Below, piece after piece: positions 10,373 through 20,117 of a stretch of DNA of 64,000 bases. The DNA lies in the NCBI GenBank assembly GCA_963701105.1, contig OY969565.1:1101086-1165085 (forward strand), read 5' to 3'. The notes under the pieces are model-generated. The model worked only from the letters and a program-made list of their open reading frames with translations, was not told the origin of the DNA and did no database searches. The DNA is from an uncultured Actinomycetota bacterium (GTDB taxonomy: Bacteria; Actinomycetota; Thermoleophilia; RBG-16-64-13). Every line of letters begins with the position of its first letter. The stretch's first letter is position 1. A program made the translations under genes and the position numbers.

Positions 10373-11930
10373 AAGTCTTCCTTAAGAATTTAATTGCTGA
10401 AGAAATATTTTTACTTATTTCAGTGGCAGTGTATCCGTATTCTGTATACTTTTTTAACAACAAATCCGCTGCCAGGCTATGAATATAAACTGCTGAAGTA
10501 ACAGCCTCTTCAATATTTTTCTTTTGTGCAATAAATGAAGCAATTACACCAGTTAAAACATCTCCGGTTCCAAACTTTGCCATACCAGGGTTTCCAGTCG
10601 TGTTAATTAATGCATCGCCACCCGGAGTGAAAATTATAGTAGGAGAACCTTTTAGTACCAGAAATGATCCGGTTTCTTCTGCAAAACTATGGCCGTATTT
10701 TAGAAGATCTTTTTCGAGTTCTTTAAGTTCAATTCCAATAAGGTGCGCAAACTCGGCATGATGAGGTGTCAGCACAACATTATTTAAATTAAAATGTTGA
10801 AAACCTTCTTCCCCGAGAGCAAACACCGCATCTGCATCAAGAACAAGATTTTTATATTTTTTTTCATTTATAATTTTAACAACCGCTTCTTTGGTTGCTT
10901 TCTCTCTCCCCAGACCAGGACCCATTGCAACAACATCCGCCCATTTAATTTTTTTGTTCAGTTCTTTAAGGTTACCTGCAGTTAAAAATTCCTTTTTTTC
11001 ATCTTCATAGGAATGCACTATCACTTCACCTAAATTTTTATGAACCAATCTTCTAACAGATTTCGGAAATGCCAGAATTGATGCACCGGAACCTGATAAA
11101 AGAACCGCTTTTGATGTCAGAACTGCTGCTCCCGGCAAACTACCCGAGCCTGCTATGGTGAAAACTTTACCGGCAGAATATTTATAATCATCTTTCTTTT
11201 TCTTTGGAAGGAATTCATAAGCATCCTCCGGTTCAATAAGATATTCTGAAGTTTCATATTTGTCATAATAAGAAAAATCAATACCTATACTTCCCTTAAA
11301 TATTCCTCCACAACAAACACTCCCCGTCCCAAAAAATAATCCCTTTTTTAATTCGCCCAGTGAAATAGTTAAATCAGCCACAAAAGCTTTTTCAGCATAA
11401 CCTTTATCTGTATTTAATCCTGTCGGAATATCAATCGCAACTTTAAAAGCTTTGTACTTATTTAATTCATCCACTATTGAACTATAAGGTTCGCGCAGGG
11501 ATCCCTCGATGCCGCTGCCAAGCATTGCATCGGCAATAACGGGATAATCTTTTATTTTCTTTAAATCAATAATGGATTTATAATCATAAAATAAAATTTT
11601 CCTGTTAGGAATATTAAGATTTTCAAGCACAGTGTAATTTAATTTACAGTCAGGAGTCATTTCTTTTGTGTCCCCTATTCTTACTACAGCAACTTCATAA
11701 CCATTATTAAAAAAATGTCTTGCAGCAGCAAATCCATCTCCTCCGTTATTTCCTTTCCCGCAAATCAAAGCAATTTTCTTAGGAAGATTATATTCTTCTC
11801 TTGCTAATTCTACATAATTGAATATCTCCAGGGAAGCATTTTCCATTAAAACAATTCCGGGAATTTTAATTTCATTGATTGCAAAATTATCAACTTCGCG
11901 GATCTGGCTGGTTGAAAATAAAGGTATCAT
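10362..11930 (-). CDS. nnr: Bifunctional NAD(P)H-hydrate epimerase/dehydratase
   Basis: YjeF_N motifs (LMENA, CGKGNNGGDG, DAMLGSG, AIDIPTG) plus the dehydratase domain (GPGLG, VLDADA, LTPHHAEF, VLKG, GTGDVLTG). Confidence 0.93.
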   Translation of the reverse strand: MIPLFSTSQIREVDNFAINEIKIPGIVLMENASLEIFNYVELAREEYNLPKKIALICGKGNNGGDGFAAARHFFNNGYEVAVVRIGDTKEMTPDCKLNYTVLENLNIPNRKILFYDYKSIIDLKKIKDYPVIADAMLGSGIEGSLREPYSSIVDELNKYKAFKVAIDIPTGLNTDKGYAEKAFVADLTISLGELKKGLFFGTGSVCCGGIFKGSIGIDFSYYDKYETSEYLIEPEDAYEFLPKKKKDDYKYSAGKVFTIAGSGSLPGAAVLTSKAVLLSGSGASILAFPKSVRRLVHKNLGEVIVHSYEDEKKEFLTAGNLKELNKKIKWADVVAMGPGLGREKATKEAVVKIINEKKYKNLVLDADAVFALGEEGFQHFNLNNVVLTPHHAEFAHLIGIELKELEKDLLKYGHSFAEETGSFLVLKGSPTIIFTPGGDALINTTGNPGMAKFGTGDVLTGVIASFIAQKKNIEEAVTSAVYIHSLAADLLLKKYTEYGYTATEISKNISSAIKFLRKTFAN

Positions 11931-11940
11931 ATTAGTTCCT

Positions 11941-11994
11941 AAAATAAAAATTCCGGTTTTATTTATTAGTGATAAACTAAGCTTTAAAACCGGA
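11941..11994 (-). terminator. Extended hairpin terminator after nuoN
   Basis: TCCGGTTTTA (11952-11961) pairs with TAAAACCGGA (11985-11994), with an inner TTAGT/ACTAA stem; T-rich tail on the minus strand. Confidence 0.6.
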
Positions 11995-12020
11995 GATAAG
12001 ATTTTAAATTTAAAAAGTTC

Positions 12021-13451
12021 TTAAGATAAGAAAGATGAAATTAAGCCTATTATTGTACCAGGAGCAATACCAAGCGCAATTACAAGAAGTACAGAAATGA
12101 CTACCGCAAGTAATCCCGTACTGGTATTGGATGGAGAAATATCCTCTTCGGGATCTTTAAAGTACATTAAAACAACAATCCTCAGATAAAAGTAAACACT
12201 GATAACGCTTGAAATAACACCAACAATAGCCAGCCAGGTTAAATGTGCTTCAATTGCAGAAATGAACACATAATATTTACCAAAGAAACCGGCAAACGGT
12301 GGAATACCTGCAAGAGAAAACATAAAAACCGAAAGCAATCCGGCAAGCAAAGGTCTTCTTGAACCAAGTCCTGCATAAGAACGGATAGATAAATTTGTTT
12401 CATCCTTACCTTCAACAATGGATATGATTCCAAAAGCACCAAGGTTCATAAATGTATAAGCTGCGAGGTAAAAGATAATACCGGCAATTCCATCGTAATT
12501 TCCTGCGGCAAGACCAATAAGCATGTAACCAGCGTGTGCTATTGATGAGTATGCAAGCATTCTTTTAATATTATCCTGAACTATTGCAACGATACTTCCA
12601 AATAACATTGAGAGAACAGCAATAACTGCCAGATAAGGAGTAAAAATGTGCGGTATTGCAGTACTTAAAATAGTGCCGAGTGATACAATTATCGCGCTGA
12701 ATGCAGCGGCCTTTCCACCGGTTGAAAATAATCCTGAAACAGTTGTGGCTGCCCCTTCATAAACATCAGGTACCCACATATGAAACGGGAATGCGGCTAT
12801 TTTAAATGAAAATCCTATTAGGAAAAGTAAAATACCCGCAATGAAAATAAAATCTCCGGAGAGTTGTGAATACCTTGAGATAATTCCCTCGATGGATGTT
12901 GTACCAGTTGAGCCGTATATAAGGGCAATTCCATAAATGGTAAAACCCGTAGCAAAAGCTCCAAGTAAAAAATATTTCAATGAGGCTTCATTAGCAGAAA
13001 GTCTTTTCCGGTTCAAACCGGCAAGTGCATAAAAACTGATTGACATAAGTTCCAGCCCGAGAAAGATTGTAAATAAATCTTTCGCTCCTGCCATCAGCAT
13101 CATCCCTAAAACAGAAGTCTGCATTAGAAGATAGAATTCACCATAGTTGGCACCGTACTTTTTCAGGTAATCCATTGAGAGAAGACTTACTAGCGCTGCT
13201 CCGAAAGTAAAGATGAAATAAAAAATATTAACAACGCCTCCGGTTGCGAGCATATTTTGCATAACTACAGAAACAGAGTTTACGGTTGCGAGCGAGTAAA
13301 AAGCTGCAGCGAGAAATATTATTACAGACATCCAGCCTAAAGTAGTTTCACTTTCTTTCTTAAACATTTCAATCAGCAGTGAAACCAGGATTCCTGCACC
13401 AACAATTATTAATGGCAATATGTTGTATAATTCCTGAATATTATTGAGCAT
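12021..13451 (-). CDS. nuoN: NADH-quinone oxidoreductase subunit N
   Basis: Motifs FLGLELMS, EASLKYFLLGA, GFSFKIAAFPFHMWVPDVYEGA, KRMLAYSSIAHAGY and GIPPFAGFFGK. Start taken at the internal ATG (MLNNIQ). Confidence 0.93.
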   Translation of the reverse strand: MLNNIQELYNILPLIIVGAGILVSLLIEMFKKESETTLGWMSVIIFLAAAFYSLATVNSVSVVMQNMLATGGVVNIFYFIFTFGAALVSLLSMDYLKKYGANYGEFYLLMQTSVLGMMLMAGAKDLFTIFLGLELMSISFYALAGLNRKRLSANEASLKYFLLGAFATGFTIYGIALIYGSTGTTSIEGIISRYSQLSGDFIFIAGILLFLIGFSFKIAAFPFHMWVPDVYEGAATTVSGLFSTGGKAAAFSAIIVSLGTILSTAIPHIFTPYLAVIAVLSMLFGSIVAIVQDNIKRMLAYSSIAHAGYMLIGLAAGNYDGIAGIIFYLAAYTFMNLGAFGIISIVEGKDETNLSIRSYAGLGSRRPLLAGLLSVFMFSLAGIPPFAGFFGKYYVFISAIEAHLTWLAIVGVISSVISVYFYLRIVVLMYFKDPEEDISPSNTSTGLLAVVISVLLVIALGIAPGTIIGLISSFLS

Positions 13452-13492
13452 ATAATAAAACCTTAGGCCTGCTATAAAGGTGGCAGGCAAAA

Positions 13493-13864
13493 TTATTCAA
13501 TAAATAAAATGTCTTCTTCAGATTTTTCAATTTTCACATTATGTTTTTCTTCAAGATATAAAGCAATTTTTTTATGGTTTTTTAAATCGAAAATATTTTC
13601 GTTCTTTTCAACTACTACCATTTTAATATTTTCATATTTGGAAACTGTTTCTTTTACGTTTTTTATTTCAAGGAAATAAAGTTCAGTAAACCCATCCTCT
13701 TCCTTCACATAAATTCCCTTTGAACTGGGAGAGAAATCGGTAATAATATCGTCTTCAATTATAACTTTTAAAAGATTACAATTGAACGGCAGCAATATCC
13801 TGTTACCGTAACAAAGTCCGTTTAGATTTTTGCTTAAAGTATTTTCAATTGTATTCATAATCAT
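13493..13864 (-). CDS. Hypothetical soluble protein inside the nuo cluster
   Basis: 123-aa ORF whose start overlaps the antiporter stop (ATGA at 13861-13864); no motif recognised. Confidence 0.7.
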   Translation of the reverse strand: MIMNTIENTLSKNLNGLCYGNRILLPFNCNLLKVIIEDDIITDFSPSSKGIYVKEEDGFTELYFLEIKNVKETVSKYENIKMVVVEKNENIFDLKNHKKIALYLEEKHNVKIEKSEEDILFIE

Positions 13865-15288
13865 CCTTTGCTATAAAAGAATATTAACCAGATAATTGCA
13901 TAAATCGGGACAAGAATTACTATAGAATATTTAACCATATAAGTAAAGAAACTAGGCATCTTAATACCCGCTCTTTCACTTATGGATTTAACCATAAAAT
14001 TAGGACCATTGCCTATGTACGTTATCGCACCAAAGAAAACAGCAGCAACAGAAATTGCCTGCAAATAAACATCATCGACAGAAACAAAATGAATTACGTG
14101 CATTTTATTTGTGACATCCAGTGCATACTTGCCCATTGCCGCACTAAGAAAATTCATATAAGTCGGTGTATTATCCAGAACGGCTGAAAGCGTTCCGGTT
14201 GCCCAATAAAAAACACCGGCGCTTAATTTATCGCCAAGTACGCGAGCTTCATGTGCAATAATCTGCAAAGCCGGTATCATTGTCGCAAAAATGCCAACGA
14301 ACAAATATGCTACTTCTTTTATAGGTTCAAAATCAAATTCATTTGCTTTGAGAATTTCAGTATCAGCTCCTTTGTAAGAGAGATAAACAACACCAAACAT
14401 TATAATTTCTCTTATTCCAAACGGTAAAGGTGCAAGACTTGGAACCCATGGCATAACAACCGGATCAATAAATACTGCTACAATAATTACTAAAAGATAA
14501 ACAAGATTTTTATACCCTTCGAACTGAATCTTTCCTGAGTACTCAATCTTTTCATACTCAGTTTTATTCATGGTATCAAAGACATAAAAAACAGCAAGTA
14601 TCATCAATAAGGCCGGTAGCCAGATGAACCAGACATTATCAATTACCCAGAAAAAGGGAACTCCGCTTAAAAAACCAAGAAACAGCGGCGGATCACCTAT
14701 CGGCGTAAGAGCACCACCAACATTACTCACTACAAAAATGAAAAATATAATGTGATACGGTTTAAGTCGTTCACGGTTCATTTTTATAAAAGGCCTGATT
14801 AAGAGCATTGATGCACCGGTTGTTCCTATCACATTTGAAATAATTGCCCCAAATAAAAGGAACAGTACGTTGAGCATCGGAGTCGATTCTTTATCAACCT
14901 TTATTAATATTCCGCCCGAAGCAACAAACAAAGAACTAAGCAATGCAATAAACGAAATATACTCAGCAAACGTGTGCAGCAGGCTGTGCTTGTCATTTAA
15001 TACTGCCAAATAATAAACGACAACAACTACACCAAGAACTATTGAAACTTTCGGATAATGTCTTTCCCAGAAATGTTTGTAGAACAGAGGACCCGTTGCA
15101 ATCATTAATAATAAAACAATAAACGGTATCACCATTAAAGGAGAAGGCAGAATCTGCTCACTCATATGTTCTACTGCACCTACTTTGCCTAGTGAATCTT
15201 TAACAGCAGAAACTTCAGATGCATTGATATTACAATAAAAAAAGAACGATAAAACAATTGCTAGAAATAATCTGCTGCCGCTTCTCAT
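13861..15288 (-). CDS. IT-superfamily transporter (putative Na+/H+ antiporter; CitMHS_2/NhaD-like)
   Basis: Motifs IGTTGASMLLIRP, SNVGGALTPIGDPPLFLGF, LSAVLDNTPTY and GAITYIGNGPNFMVK; more than 10 TMs. Confidence 0.85.
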   Translation of the reverse strand: MRSGSRLFLAIVLSFFFYCNINASEVSAVKDSLGKVGAVEHMSEQILPSPLMVIPFIVLLLMIATGPLFYKHFWERHYPKVSIVLGVVVVVYYLAVLNDKHSLLHTFAEYISFIALLSSLFVASGGILIKVDKESTPMLNVLFLLFGAIISNVIGTTGASMLLIRPFIKMNRERLKPYHIIFFIFVVSNVGGALTPIGDPPLFLGFLSGVPFFWVIDNVWFIWLPALLMILAVFYVFDTMNKTEYEKIEYSGKIQFEGYKNLVYLLVIIVAVFIDPVVMPWVPSLAPLPFGIREIIMFGVVYLSYKGADTEILKANEFDFEPIKEVAYLFVGIFATMIPALQIIAHEARVLGDKLSAGVFYWATGTLSAVLDNTPTYMNFLSAAMGKYALDVTNKMHVIHFVSVDDVYLQAISVAAVFFGAITYIGNGPNFMVKSISERAGIKMPSFFTYMVKYSIVILVPIYAIIWLIFFYSKG

Positions 15289-15296
15289 AAGTATTC

Positions 15297-16820
15297 CTAT
15301 TCAATACTTGCTTTGGCTGGAACATAAACCTGCTCTATAACTTTAGCTGTTGATTTTTTTGAAACATTTAAAAATGTACTGGGATAGATACCAATCCAGA
15401 TAATGAAAATAAATATTGGAATAAGAACTAACATTTCCCTTTTATTCATATCAGTGAGCGAATTCATTTTCGGATTTGTTACCTCCCCGAAAGCAACTCT
15501 CTGGTACATCCACAAAAGATAAACTGCAGCAAAAATTACTCCTGAAGCCGCAAAAATTGTATACCACCAACTTCCAAGAACTGGAGATTTGAATGAACCC
15601 AGGAGGATTAAGAACTCACCAACAAAACCGTTCAGTCCGGGTAAGCCTATGGAAGAAAGCGAAGCAAAGAGTAACGCAAACGCAAAGAAGGGAACTATTT
15701 TTGCAATCCCGCCATACTCAGCGATTTCCCGGGTATGAGTTCGTTCATAAATAATTCCAACGAGAAGGAATAAAGCTCCTGTTGATAATCCATGATTAAC
15801 CATCTGAATCACTGCACCCTGGATAGATTCCTGTGTCATTGCAAAAATTCCAAGTACAACAAATCCCAGGTGTGCAACAGATGAATAAGCTACAAGTTTC
15901 TTCATATCTTTCTGAACCATTGCAACAAGGGCGCCGTATATAATTCCTATCACAGCAAGAACTGAAATATAAGGTGCAAAATTCATTGCAGCCTGAGGGA
16001 AAAGAGGAAGACAAAATCTCAGCAATCCGTATGTTCCCATTTTAAGAAGAACACCTGCAAGAATAACACTGCCTGCGGTTGGCGCCTGAACGTGTGCATC
16101 CGGAAGCCAGGTATGCAGTGGAAAAAGCGGAACTTTAATTGCAAAGCTGAAGGCAAATGCTGCAAACATCCAGTTCTGAATGTTTTCTTTTACTGTTGGT
16201 CCGACTTTATAGAGTTCAGTTAAATCCGTGGTAAAATGTCCCAGCGGACCTGAGGCATAAACAGCAAGCCAGATAATGGCAACAAGCATCAACAAACTGC
16301 CGAACATAGTATAAAGGAAAAATTTTACCGAGGCATAAATTCTTTGCTCCCCTCCCCATATACCAATTATAAAGTACATTGGGATAAGCATTGCTTCCCA
16401 GAAAATGTAAAACAAAAACAAATCGATGGAAACGAATACTCCAAGCATACCTGCTTCGAGCATAAGCATAAAAAATGTAAATTCTTTAACCCGCTTGTTT
16501 ATACTAGACCAGCTTGAAATAAGAGTAAGAGGAGTAAGAAAAGTTGTTAGCATCAGCAGAAGCAAAGCCATTCCATCTATTCCGACCTTATAACTGATGT
16601 TCAGTTTATCAATCCATTTGAATTGGTGAATAAACTGAAATCCTGATTTAGACAAATCGAAATTAAAATAGATGACCAGAGATACTATAAAAGCAGCCAA
16701 TGATACAATCAGGCCAAACCAACGGATAGCATTTTCTTTTTCTTTATTCAAGAATAAAAGAATTATCGCACCGGCTAAAGGTGTAAAAAGAAGATATGTT
16801 AAGAGGTGACTGTTTTCCAT
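15297..16820 (-). CDS. nuoM: NADH-quinone oxidoreductase subunit M
   Basis: Motifs FYIFWEAMLIPMY, AFAIKVPLFPLHTWLPDAHVQAPTAGS, LLKMGTYG and DMKKLVAYSSVAH. Confidence 0.95.
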   Translation of the reverse strand: MENSHLLTYLLFTPLAGAIILLFLNKEKENAIRWFGLIVSLAAFIVSLVIYFNFDLSKSGFQFIHQFKWIDKLNISYKVGIDGMALLLLMLTTFLTPLTLISSWSSINKRVKEFTFFMLMLEAGMLGVFVSIDLFLFYIFWEAMLIPMYFIIGIWGGEQRIYASVKFFLYTMFGSLLMLVAIIWLAVYASGPLGHFTTDLTELYKVGPTVKENIQNWMFAAFAFSFAIKVPLFPLHTWLPDAHVQAPTAGSVILAGVLLKMGTYGLLRFCLPLFPQAAMNFAPYISVLAVIGIIYGALVAMVQKDMKKLVAYSSVAHLGFVVLGIFAMTQESIQGAVIQMVNHGLSTGALFLLVGIIYERTHTREIAEYGGIAKIVPFFAFALLFASLSSIGLPGLNGFVGEFLILLGSFKSPVLGSWWYTIFAASGVIFAAVYLLWMYQRVAFGEVTNPKMNSLTDMNKREMLVLIPIFIFIIWIGIYPSTFLNVSKKSTAKVIEQVYVPAKASIE

Positions 16821-16823
16821 AAT

Positions 16824-18761
16824 TTATAAACTTAAAATAATCCAGAATAAAGCGATAACAATTCCAAGCATCATAACAACAGCGTAAATCTGGGCAACTC
16901 CTGTTTGAATTTTCCTTATTCTTGCTGAAATAAAACCGATAATTGAAGCTGTTCCGTTCACAGTTCCATCAATGATTTTACTATCTGTAAATTTCCACAA
17001 AAATGATTCTGATCCTTTAACAATAGGATTTACAACTGCAGCATCATAAACTTCATCAACAAAATATTTATTCCACAGAAGATTATATATTCCCTTAAAC
17101 CTTGATGAAACTGATTCTGCAATTGCGGGTTTCTTTAAGTAAATATTTCGTGCAATCCAGATTCCGCCAACTGCAAGTATAATAGAAATTAGCATCAGGA
17201 TAATTTCAGAACCTGCAGAATGTGTTCCGTACAAAGCAAGTTTATGTTCTGCATTTTCAAAAACCGGAGCAAGCCAGCTTTCAAATTTATTTCCACCTTC
17301 TCCTGAAAATAATGCCGGTATTCCTACAAATCCCCCGATAGCGGCCAGAATAGCCAGCACAATTAATGGTATTGTCATTACCGAAGGAGATTCATGAGGA
17401 TGAAGTGATTGTCCGAATCTTTCTTTACCTTCAAATGTAAGAAAGTATAGCCGGAACATATAAAATGCGGTCATTAAAGCAGTTATTGCTCCGATCAGCC
17501 AGAGAATAAAACTCCCGTTAGCAAATGACATCCATAGAATTTCATCTTTGCTGAAAAATCCGGATAACGGTGGAACTCCGGAAATTGCCAGTGATGCAAC
17601 AAGGAAAGTTAATGCAGTTTTAGGCATATATTTTTTAAGTCCCCCGAAATGCTGAATATCCTGATGTTCATGCATCGCGTGGATCACTGAGCCTGCACCA
17701 AGAAATAAAAGAGCTTTAAAAAATGCATGAGTCATTACATGAAAAATTCCGGCAGAAAAAGCGCCTACACCCATTGCTAAAAACATATACCCGAGCTGAC
17801 TTATAGTTGAGTAAGCTAAAACTTTTTTAATATCATTCTGAACCATTCCGATAGATGCTGCAAAAAGAGCTGTTACAACTCCAATTACTGCAACCACTGT
17901 CATTATTGCCGGAGCAGAAACAAATATTATTGAACATCTCGCAACCATATAAACTCCGGCAGTAACCATTGTAGCAGCATGTATTAATGCAGAAACAGGA
18001 GTAGGACCTGCCATTGCGTCAGGCAGCCATACAAACAGAGGTATCTGTGCTGATTTACCTGTTGCTCCAATAAATAAAAACAATGCTATAAATGTATATA
18101 CACTTTCGTGAACATTAAAAAGATTGGCTCTTGTGAAGACCTCATTAAAATTTAAACTTCCGAATGTCATATAGATTAAGAACATTCCAAGTAAAAATCC
18201 AAAATCACCTATCCTGTTAACAATGAATGCCTTTTTAGCTGCATCACTTGTTGTACTTTTTTCAAATTTTTTATCATACCAGAAACCGATAAGTAAATAA
18301 GAACAAAGACCTACACCTTCCCAGCCAAGAAAAAGGAGAACAAAGTTATCGCCGAGAATCAGGTTCATCATCGCAAAAATGAAAAGGTTCAGGTAGGCAA
18401 AAAATCTCCAGAAACTTTTATCACCATGCATATAACCGATTGAATAAACATGAATGATAAATCCTACTCCGGTGACTATTAAAGCCATAATTAGCGAAAG
18501 CTGATCTACCTGGTATGCGAACCCGACATTAAGTCCACCAACTTTCATCCAGGCAAAGAGATTAACAATATGCTGTCTTTCTTCAACAGGAAGTCCCAGG
18601 GTTTGAATAAAAGCACCAACCACTATTAAAAATGACAACCCTATAGCACCACTGCCAATGATACCAATTATTTTCTCATTCTTTATTTTGGAACCGAAAA
18701 TTCCGTTGATAAGGAATCCCGCCAGAGGAAGAAGAACGGTTAAGTATATTAGATTAATCAT
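16824..18761 (-). CDS. nuoL: NADH-quinone oxidoreductase subunit L
   Basis: Motifs GWEGVGLCSYLLIGFW, GKSAQIPLFVWLPDAMAGPTPVSALIHAATMV and HAFFKALLFL. Confidence 0.95.
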   Translation of the reverse strand: MINLIYLTVLLPLAGFLINGIFGSKIKNEKIIGIIGSGAIGLSFLIVVGAFIQTLGLPVEERQHIVNLFAWMKVGGLNVGFAYQVDQLSLIMALIVTGVGFIIHVYSIGYMHGDKSFWRFFAYLNLFIFAMMNLILGDNFVLLFLGWEGVGLCSYLLIGFWYDKKFEKSTTSDAAKKAFIVNRIGDFGFLLGMFLIYMTFGSLNFNEVFTRANLFNVHESVYTFIALFLFIGATGKSAQIPLFVWLPDAMAGPTPVSALIHAATMVTAGVYMVARCSIIFVSAPAIMTVVAVIGVVTALFAASIGMVQNDIKKVLAYSTISQLGYMFLAMGVGAFSAGIFHVMTHAFFKALLFLGAGSVIHAMHEHQDIQHFGGLKKYMPKTALTFLVASLAISGVPPLSGFFSKDEILWMSFANGSFILWLIGAITALMTAFYMFRLYFLTFEGKERFGQSLHPHESPSVMTIPLIVLAILAAIGGFVGIPALFSGEGGNKFESWLAPVFENAEHKLALYGTHSAGSEIILMLISIILAVGGIWIARNIYLKKPAIAESVSSRFKGIYNLLWNKYFVDEVYDAAVVNPIVKGSESFLWKFTDSKIIDGTVNGTASIIGFISARIRKIQTGVAQIYAVVMMLGIVIALFWIILSL

Positions 18762-18802
18762 AAATTTCTGTTAATTAAAAATTCAAAATGATGAAAAACT
18801 GA

Positions 18803-19108
18803 TCACCATTTCAAAATATTTACTTCATCAATATTCAGAGTTAATTTATTCCTGAAGAGTGCAATAATGATTGCCAATCCAACAGCAGCTTCAGCTGCGG
18901 CAACCGTCATCACAAAGAAAACAAACAGTTGACCAATAGAATTTCCAAGATAAGAGGAAAAAGCAACAAGTGTCAGGTTTGCAGAATTAAGCATAAGCTC
19001 TATCGACATAAAAACAATAATCGCATTTCTTCTTATCAGAACACCGGTTACGCCAACTGCGAACATAAACGCACTAAGTATTAAATAATAATCAATTGGT
19101 ATCTGCAT
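18803..19108 (-). CDS. nuoK: NADH-quinone oxidoreductase subunit K
   Basis: Motifs [16 protein letters not shown] and [12 protein letters not shown]. Confidence 0.95.
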   Translation of the reverse strand: MQIPIDYYLILSAFMFAVGVTGVLIRRNAIIVFMSIELMLNSANLTLVAFSSYLGNSIGQLFVFFVMTVAAAEAAVGLAIIIALFRNKLTLNIDEVNILKW

Positions 19109-19112
19109 AATT

Positions 19113-19622
19113 TTATTTGAAATTCTTTTTTGCTAAAACTAAGGCTCCAATGGTTGCTGCTAAAAGTAAAAATCCTGCAGCTTCGAAAGGAACTATATAA
19201 TTGATAAAAAGAGTTCTTCCTATTGATTCAACAGTTCCCGCATTAATACTGGCTGCAACTTCTCCTGTAACTTCGCCGGATTTGGAAAAGAAAATCATGT
19301 AAGCTATCTGTAAAAAAACAAGAATAGTTATAACAATAGCCATAATTTTTATAGCTGGTTTATTCTCAAAAATACTTTCTTTTTGCGGTCTTAATAACAT
19401 TATTACAAAAAGAAACAAAACCATAATCGCTCCGGCATAAACTATAACCTGTGCAACTGCAATAAACTGAGCGTTTAACAAAAGATAAAGTCCTGCAATT
19501 GAAGCCAAATTAAGAACCAGAAATAAAGCAGATATTACAGCATCACTTCTGGTGATCATTATAACAGATGAAATTGCTGCAACAGCACCGAAGAGAATAA
19601 AGAGGATAATTTCTAAAGACAT
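19113..19622 (-). CDS. nuoJ: NADH-quinone oxidoreductase subunit J
   Basis: Motifs [21 protein letters not shown] and [16 protein letters not shown]. Confidence 0.95.
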   Translation of the reverse strand: MSLEIILFILFGAVAAISSVIMITRSDAVISALFLVLNLASIAGLYLLLNAQFIAVAQVIVYAGAIMVLFLFVIMLLRPQKESIFENKPAIKIMAIVITILVFLQIAYMIFFSKSGEVTGEVAASINAGTVESIGRTLFINYIVPFEAAGFLLLAATIGALVLAKKNFK

Positions 19623-19628
19623 AATAAT

Positions 19629-19663
19629 AATGGTTGATGTATGATGGTTGATGGTTGATGTTT
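19629..19663 (+). repeat. Tandem heptamer array (5 x GATGNNN), left flank of the four-helix-bundle gene
   Basis: AATGGTT GATGTAT GATGGTT GATGGTT GATGTTT. Confidence 0.85.
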
Positions 19664-19671
19664 ACTTTGCA

Positions 19672-20043
19672 TTATTTCACCTGATTTTGTTGAGCAGTCA
19701 TCTTAATGGAAGTAAATATCTTCTTCAACTCAAAACTTTCTTTTAAAATGTGATTAAACTTTCCGTTTTTAAATTGCTCATCAAGAATTTTGTCAAGTAC
19801 TCTTAACCAATGATTACTTTCACGCACTTCTTTCGATACAATTCCAATTTTGTGAATGAAATCTTTACTTGATTCAGCACCCTGTGCTTCCTCGTAATTT
19901 GCACCTACTGATGTCGATGCCTTTGCCAATTGAAAAGTTACTACTCTTAATGTAGCTTTTGAATGTAAAGATTCAAGGAACAATAAACAATCGACTCCAA
20001 AATCAAAAGTTCTTTTAAGTAGTTCTTCGGTTTTAGAATTCAC
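19672..20043 (-). CDS. Four helix bundle protein (23S rRNA-IVP / TIGR02436-like family)
   Basis: GTG start; RTFDF...QLAKASTSVGANYEEAQGAESSKDFIHKIGIVSKEVRESNHWL is the family signature. Confidence 0.9.
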   Translation of the reverse strand: MNSKTEELLKRTFDFGVDCLLFLESLHSKATLRVVTFQLAKASTSVGANYEEAQGAESSKDFIHKIGIVSKEVRESNHWLRVLDKILDEQFKNGKFNHILKESFELKKIFTSIKMTAQQNQVK

Positions 20044-20082
20044 AACTCTAATTTATATTTTCCAATTACAATTTTTACTAAT

Positions 20083-20117
20083 CCACATCTTCAATCACAC
20101 ATCAAACATCGTCCATC
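20083..20117 (-). repeat. Tandem heptamer array (5 x GATNNNN), right flank, inverted relative to 19629-19663
   Basis: Minus strand GATGGAC GATGTTT GATGTGT GATTGAA GATGTGG, starting at the G of the asnS TAG stop. Confidence 0.8.

Noticed and set aside
19629-20117. CRISPR array or DGR (the four-helix bundle resembles Avd)
   Set aside because: Repeat units are 7 bp with no spacers. No cas, reverse transcriptase or TR/VR pair differing only at adenines was seen.
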